Part shown: positions 58,895 to 64,000 of the stretch, in pieces
Position numbering within the stretch: position 1 is the first letter of the stretch
Layout: each line of letters begins with the position of its first letter
Origin: Planctomycetota bacterium
GTDB taxonomy: Bacteria > Planctomycetota > SZUA-567
DNA: 64,000 bases
Assembly (NCBI GenBank): GCA_963556115.3
Contig: CAUVYI020000026.1
Span: 7,029-71,028 of the forward strand
Direction of reading: 5' to 3'
Notes under the pieces: model-generated
Database searches by the model: none
What the model saw: the letters and a program-made list of their open reading frames with translations, nothing else
Told to the model about the DNA's origin: nothing
Program-made: the position numbers and the translations under genes

Positions 58895-60265
58895 TTAGTG
58901 CAGCCCGTAGCGGTTCACGACACTTATGCCGCTAAGCAGGGAGCCGGTGATTCCGAGAAAACCCTGGTCGGTGCCGATGAGGTAGACTCCGTCAATGCTG
59001 AGCTTGGCATCACGTATCTTGGTTGCGGAACCATATATCGCTCCTCCGCGGTGTTTGGCGTAACGGGTTATGGTTAGTGGGGTGAACATATCTGAGAAGG
59101 TAATGTGGTTGCGGATATCCGGAATAAACTCTTGAAGCAGGTCGATTAGCTGCTTACTTGCGTCTTCCTTGGCTTGCCTGTATTCGCTCTTGCTCAGCTT
59201 GCTCCATTTATTGTAGCTTGACTTTACCGATATTCTGACTGCGCCTGGGTGCTGTGGAGTGGTGTAATTGAAATTTGTGGGAAAACAGATTACTCCGGAG
59301 GTGAGGTCGATCAGGTCTTCCGCTTGGCGGTAGCTAAAACGCTTATTCTTTGAAAAGAAGATTATTGATTGTTCTTGATTGAGATCCAAGGGTGTCGTAT
59401 CGAGGTAGAGAATCAATTCGCTGAAGGCAATCTTGCCCATATCGGCGCTTCGATCTATCCCGCAGAGCGCGTAGGTCTCGACTAGACGGGCGCTTGAGTA
59501 GATCTGAGTGGTTGATAAATTCTCGCCATCATCAAGTTTTAGCTCCAGTTCAGTGGGGGAGAGTTGGGTGATTCTTTGGGCGGTAGTGTTGAACCGGATT
59601 TCTCCACCGTTTGCTATATACTTATCAAGCAGGAGATTGATAAAATGCTCCATGCCTTTTTCGGGTCTGCTGAAACCGCTCTCGAAGATAGAGTCCCACA
59701 TTATGGCGAAATCGACCCATCCCATATCATGCTCTCTGGCATTGCCGTAGAACATAATAGGGCAGACCAGCATGTCTATAAGCTGGGGATCTTTAATATA
59801 TTTTTTAACTATAGCCAGTGCATTCTCAGAGTTATCGGACATGGCGGTAGCATCAAAATTAATTATTTCGGTGCGTAACTGGTCAAAGCCTGTCAGTGAA
59901 TCAGGGAATTTTTCTGCAATCTCCTGGCGTAGCCGGGTAATGCCATTGGTGAAGGTCAACTCTTGGTCGGGGAAGATGATCTCTGAATACCTTTGCTCCG
60001 CCAGGTGCAGCTCACTGTGTTTGATCCGGAGCTGACGGAGTAATTTTGTAAGCGGGGCATCTCTGGTGCCGGCGGGGCAGTAGTTGGTCATCGCATGTAG
60101 TCCAACATCTATGGAGTATCCTGAACGGTTATAGTAGGAGTTGAGACCGCCGGCTCGGGAATGAGCCTCGATAATCAGTACCTTCTTACCGAAATGACTC
60201 AAGCGTATTCCCGCTGCCAGACCCGATAGACCTGCGCCAATAATTATGGAATCATATCTTATCAT
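58895..60265 (-). CDS. FAD-dependent oxidoreductase, phytoene-desaturase (CrtI)-like family
   Basis: N-terminal IIIGAGLSGLAAG...IIEAHSRAGG and about 456 aa. Confidence 0.78.
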   Translation of the reverse strand: MIRYDSIIIGAGLSGLAAGIRLSHFGKKVLIIEAHSRAGGLNSYYNRSGYSIDVGLHAMTNYCPAGTRDAPLTKLLRQLRIKHSELHLAEQRYSEIIFPDQELTFTNGITRLRQEIAEKFPDSLTGFDQLRTEIINFDATAMSDNSENALAIVKKYIKDPQLIDMLVCPIMFYGNAREHDMGWVDFAIMWDSIFESGFSRPEKGMEHFINLLLDKYIANGGEIRFNTTAQRITQLSPTELELKLDDGENLSTTQIYSSARLVETYALCGIDRSADMGKIAFSELILYLDTTPLDLNQEQSIIFFSKNKRFSYRQAEDLIDLTSGVICFPTNFNYTTPQHPGAVRISVKSSYNKWSKLSKSEYRQAKEDASKQLIDLLQEFIPDIRNHITFSDMFTPLTITRYAKHRGGAIYGSATKIRDAKLSIDGVYLIGTDQGFLGITGSLLSGISVVNRYGLH

Positions 60266-60404
60266 TATATTAATTTGCCTGTATAATTGCGTGTTTGTGA
60301 TTATTGGTGAATATACTTGTCAATATTTCGTGGGTAATGCTAGAATCAATTATATTGAAACAACATGTAGAATAAATGCTGTAGCTGCAAAAAAAATAAT
60401 TGTG

Positions 60405-61811
60405 CTAGAAGATCTCTTTTTGTCGACTTAGCAGTTCGTTGACGGTGAGGCTGCTGCCTAGGGATCTGAGTAAATTTTCAAGTTTATTCAGATTGAGACG
60501 AGTCGGTTCCAACGGGGATGTCTTGAGGATATTCATAATAGTCGGGTGTTTACGGCCGCCAAATTCAAGTCCGATATCGATAAGGCTGGAGTCTGTTAGA
60601 TGGCGGCAGAGATGTATGGCGACCCTTCGCGCACGGGTGATATCACCTGTGCGTTTTTTGCCTTTGATCTCAATAATAGGAATATTGAATTCTACCGATA
60701 CCGCCGAGATAATCTCAGAAATATTGAAGAGCGTACGCTTTTGAGAAATATTGAGCGAATGTAAGATATCAGGATTATTGGCAGAGGTTCCGGTGAATTT
60801 GTTTACCGCCCGGATAGTCTTTATAATGCCTTCAATTTCACGAATGTCTCCATTGAGCCGGGAGGCGATATCACGCGCCTGCTCGGGGTTTAGCCCGGGT
60901 TCAAGCTTGCTGAGAAGTTTTTGCCGGGATTCAGGGGTCAGCGGATCCAGTCTTACCTGTAAGCCTGATGAGATGCGGCTGGCAAGCATGGAGTTGATCC
61001 CGGGAACATCGTGGATAGCCGAACTTGAAGCAAAGATTACCTGTTTGCCCGCGGTACAAAGGTTATCGAGTGTATCTGCAAGTTCGTTTTGTGAAGCAAC
61101 TTTTTTGCCGGTTCCCATATACTGAAAATCATCTATTACCAGCAGATCCGATTCGTTGAAGCGTTGACGAAATTGCGCAATAGTGTTGTTGATCATGGAG
61201 GTAGAGAATTGCTGTACAAACATCTGCGCGCTTAGGCAGATAATCTTTTTCTTCGGATAGGTCTGAGAAAAAGAGTTGCATAGCCCGTGCAGTAAATGCG
61301 TCTTGCCGAGACCGTGAGCGGAAAAAATGGTTAGGGGAGTATATTCTCCGGGATTTTTGAGTATTTGCTTCAAAGCAGAGAGAGCAAAGCTGTTCTGCGG
61401 AATCTCAACAAAACTGTCAAGGGAGTGCTGGCTCTGGCTGAATAAAGGTAGCTTTTCAGACTTAGGTTTCGTGGTTAGAGCGAGAGTGTCATTATAATCT
61501 GTATCAGTGTTTTGTCCGATAAGTTGTTGTAAGCTCTGTCGGTGCTCGCGAAATTTTTCAACCGAGATTTTGATGATTATATTTGGATCAATATTGAGGG
61601 TGGAGCGAATAGCTTCGGATATAGTAGTAAGATAGTTCTTTTCTATCCACTGTTTTACAAATTTATTGGCAGCACCGAGAATGAACTCATTGGCTGAGAT
61701 CTTCTCGACAGCAAGATTGCTGATCCAGGTATTATAACTGGCTTCTGGGAGTGCAGCTCGGAGCGCCTCCTGAATTTCTTCCCATTGTGCCAGAATAGTT
61801 GTTTCGCTCAT
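60405..61811 (-). CDS. dnaA: Chromosomal replication initiator DnaA
   Basis: AAA+ motifs GLGKTHLLH and VIDDFQ, with a C-terminal DNA-binding domain. The start at 61811 gives MSETTILAQWEEI; the track ORF starts at 61826. Confidence 0.92.
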   Translation of the reverse strand: MSETTILAQWEEIQEALRAALPEASYNTWISNLAVEKISANEFILGAANKFVKQWIEKNYLTTISEAIRSTLNIDPNIIIKISVEKFREHRQSLQQLIGQNTDTDYNDTLALTTKPKSEKLPLFSQSQHSLDSFVEIPQNSFALSALKQILKNPGEYTPLTIFSAHGLGKTHLLHGLCNSFSQTYPKKKIICLSAQMFVQQFSTSMINNTIAQFRQRFNESDLLVIDDFQYMGTGKKVASQNELADTLDNLCTAGKQVIFASSSAIHDVPGINSMLASRISSGLQVRLDPLTPESRQKLLSKLEPGLNPEQARDIASRLNGDIREIEGIIKTIRAVNKFTGTSANNPDILHSLNISQKRTLFNISEIISAVSVEFNIPIIEIKGKKRTGDITRARRVAIHLCRHLTDSSLIDIGLEFGGRKHPTIMNILKTSPLEPTRLNLNKLENLLRSLGSSLTVNELLSRQKEIF

Positions 61812-61826
61812 AATCCCTGTTCTCAT

Positions 61827-62527
61827 TGCTGTTGCTTAGGTTGTTATACGGTAAAAATTGCTTTTTTGTAGCATTTGACAATATGTACAAATAAGTAATA
61901 AGCTTGCTTATCTGCAAAATAATGGGTTGTTAAAGCTATTAATGGTTTAAAAAGGTAATGCGACTGAACCTCAATTGCGGTACTCTTTCCCCTAATTCCC
62001 CGTTATTTTTAACCGGCAAACAGTATAGCAATAGTGATGTGACTGGTTGCTGGTTATAATTTAATTCTACGAAATGTACGGGAAGGATGCAACTGATTGT
62101 TTTGTGGAAAAGATGTTGATAACTTTGGGGCGGGCTAGAGAGATTATGGCAAACCATTGAAAAGCCGATAGCTGGAAGAAATGGAGGGTGAATTAAAAAG
62201 GTTGCAGGAGTGTGATTTTTCCGGTTAAAGTTGTGTGATATCAACGGTTTGAGTTGAGATGTATTTTTTCGATATATAATATGGGGCGGGATTTGTCAGG
62301 GTTACTCCCGACTAGGTAAGAGGATAGGTATTTGATCGGAGTTGCTTGAAACAAAAAGTGGAAGAATTGTTTATAAAATTAGTAATGGTTGTTGAAAAAA
62401 AATGACGATTAGTTATAATGTGTAATGTTTTGTAATTTGCTTTATATTCTGGTTGTTAATAGACTTATTGGGGAATTGGTTTTGAAGCAATCTTATATAA
62501 TTAATCTCAGAATGATAAGGATATTAT
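61827..62527. other. Candidate oriC / dnaA upstream region
   Basis: A 700-bp non-coding gap next to dnaA. It has one relaxed-consensus DnaA box, TGTGGAAAA, at 62102-62110, weaker boxes elsewhere, and an AT-rich stretch at 62380-62520. Confidence 0.3.
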
Positions 62528-64000
62528 ATGTTCAGTTTGAAGTATAAAAGTCTTATATTGTTTGCCTGCTTGTCTTTGGCTGTTGGGGGGCAATCTATTG
62601 CAGATGATGAAATCGGGGCGACAGATGTAACCGTTGACGACGGTGGGGTTGTAATAAACCTTGAAGATGAACAGTCTATTAAGAAATTGCCGACTGTCTA
62701 CTATGAGGATAGCAGTACTGAGATCGTGGATAATACCATTTATTATGATGCCGATCGTGGAGTGGATGTGCTGGTTGACGGTACCGTCTATACCTATAAT
62801 CAGGGTGTACAGCAGGACGGGATTCTGAATCTATCCATTGAGCAGGCTCAGATGATGGCGATCAACTATTCTCCAACCTTCAAGAAGGCTCTGACTCAGC
62901 AGATGGGAGCCAAGGGTAAGCGGATAGCGGCGATCGGTCAGGCTCTGCCTTCTCTCGGGCTGGATGCGAGTAGTACCTGGAGTCAGAGTAGAGCCTTTGA
63001 GTATGATAGTTATAATAATCGGCCGGCGCGCGATACCTTATCGGAGCGGAATACTTCGTTATATGGCCTGACCCTTAGCCAGCCGCTCTTTCAGGGTGGG
63101 GCGATATTCTCGGCAATCCGTGAGTCAAAGATGTACGAAGATTGGGTCAGTGAGGATATCAAGACTGTGCGCCAAGCAGTTATTCGTACTATTCGCACCC
63201 AGTATTATTATACGCTGTATCATGGAAAACTTGTTGAAATTACCAAAGAACAGGCTGATATCGCTAAGGAGTACTGGGAAAAGACTCAAAGGCGTTATGA
63301 GGCGGATGATGTAGCAGAGATTGAAGTGCTCAAGTATGAAGTTCAATATAAGATTGCTGAGGCTAATTATATCAAGGCAAAGAGTAATTATGATGTATAC
63401 CGGGTGAATGTACTCAGGCTTATCGGTTATCCGTTGGATACAGAGCTAAACCTGGTTACACCCCTTGATTTTAGGGAGATCGATCCAGGAACCTCTGATG
63501 AGCTTACTGTACAGGCGCTTGCTGCCAGATCTGAACTGAAGTCAGACTTGCTACAGGAGCAAATGCAGAAAGAGCAGATTGTTCAGGCGCGTTCAGGTTT
63601 ATTTCCATCGGTGTCGGCAGTTGCTAAATGGGGGCAGACCAATAGGTGGTCAAGCTCTTCTAGCAATGGAATTGATAAGCGTGGTACAGACTGGTCGTGG
63701 AGTGCTGGTTTTCAGCTGAGCTGGAATGCGCTGGCCGGTGGCGGGCAGCTTATTCGCGGGCAGATTATTCAGGCTAAAGCTATTCTCGATAGTTATGAGT
63801 TTGCTACTGAAGATACTGAAGATATGATCAAGGAAGAGGTCAAGAGTTCGGTTCTCAAACTCTTTTCTTCTATCGATTGGGTAAAGTCACAGCAAGAGAA
63901 TGTGGCGCAGGCGGAGAGGGTGCTGGAGCAAGAGACGATAAGGTGGGAAGAGGGGGCTGGAGATTACTTGGATATCCTCAACGCCCGTGAGACTCTGGCC
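62528..64000 (+). CDS. TolC-family outer-membrane efflux protein, 3' end cut by window edge
   Basis: The frame is open from the ATG at 62528 to the window end and is not in the ORF track because it has no stop. It has a signal peptide and two OEP repeats (LSQPLFQGG...; ...ARETL). Confidence 0.85.
   Translation, partial: MFSLKYKSLILFACLSLAVGGQSIADDEIGATDVTVDDGGVVINLEDEQSIKKLPTVYYEDSSTEIVDNTIYYDADRGVDVLVDGTVYTYNQGVQQDGILNLSIEQAQMMAINYSPTFKKALTQQMGAKGKRIAAIGQALPSLGLDASSTWSQSRAFEYDSYNNRPARDTLSERNTSLYGLTLSQPLFQGGAIFSAIRESKMYEDWVSEDIKTVRQAVIRTIRTQYYYTLYHGKLVEITKEQADIAKEYWEKTQRRYEADDVAEIEVLKYEVQYKIAEANYIKAKSNYDVYRVNVLRLIGYPLDTELNLVTPLDFREIDPGTSDELTVQALAARSELKSDLLQEQMQKEQIVQARSGLFPSVSAVAKWGQTNRWSSSSSNGIDKRGTDWSWSAGFQLSWNALAGGGQLIRGQIIQAKAILDSYEFATEDTEDMIKEEVKSSVLKLFSSIDWVKSQQENVAQAERVLEQETIRWEEGAGDYLDILNARETLA

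Noticed and set aside
61939-62244. 101-aa minus-strand ORF upstream of dnaA.
   Set aside because: It lies in the putative origin/promoter region with no SD and odd composition. It is kept as non-coding with low certainty.
1-64000. Mobile elements, prophage, defence islands and rRNA.
   Set aside because: No transposase, integrase, recombinase, terminal inverted repeats, cas genes, restriction-modification genes or rRNA-like sequences were recognised anywhere in the translations or intergenic regions.

Overview
This 64-kb window is chromosomal sequence from a diderm (Gram-negative-type) bacterium, and it is mostly core genes. These include lgt, gmhA, typA, thrC, dapB, ribF, cobO, mnmG, an Rrf2-metY-metX-metW operon, galK, rnr, proB, kdsB, ispH, comEC and dnaA. 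The window also carries a TetR-MFP-RND efflux operon, a Ser/Thr kinase, a GGDEF protein, a TPR plus sigma-54 enhancer-binding regulator pair, a K+ channel/RCK pair, two tRNAs (Glu-UUC, Lys-UUU) and a 3'-truncated TolC-like gene. I saw no transposase, integrase, CRISPR array, rRNA or recognisable defence or toxin-antitoxin system, and no convincing novel multi-gene system. The items most worth a second look are listed here. (1) A riboswitch-like structured leader plus intrinsic terminator lies on the minus strand (41986-42190), upstream of an orphan secreted protein and next to a perfect tandem 2 x 41-bp duplication. (2) About 570 bp (20110-20681) has no ORF but contains internally repeated modules and several hairpins. 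(3) One gene encodes a bacterial LIM-zinc-finger plus DA1-like metallopeptidase. (4) The methionine operon is led by an Rrf2 regulator, has a near-consensus promoter overlapped by a 10-bp inverted repeat, and ends in an orphan UmuD-like peptidase. (5) Single-base homopolymer insertions split mnmG and a Gfo/Idh/MocA gene. (6) A (GT)4-G9 tract sits at the 5' end of the first of two tandem transporter paralogs. (7) A PtsN-like EIIA domain has Asp in place of the phospho-His. (8) A candidate oriC upstream of dnaA has only one good DnaA box. All functional calls come from reading motifs in the supplied translations and sequence by eye, with no database search.
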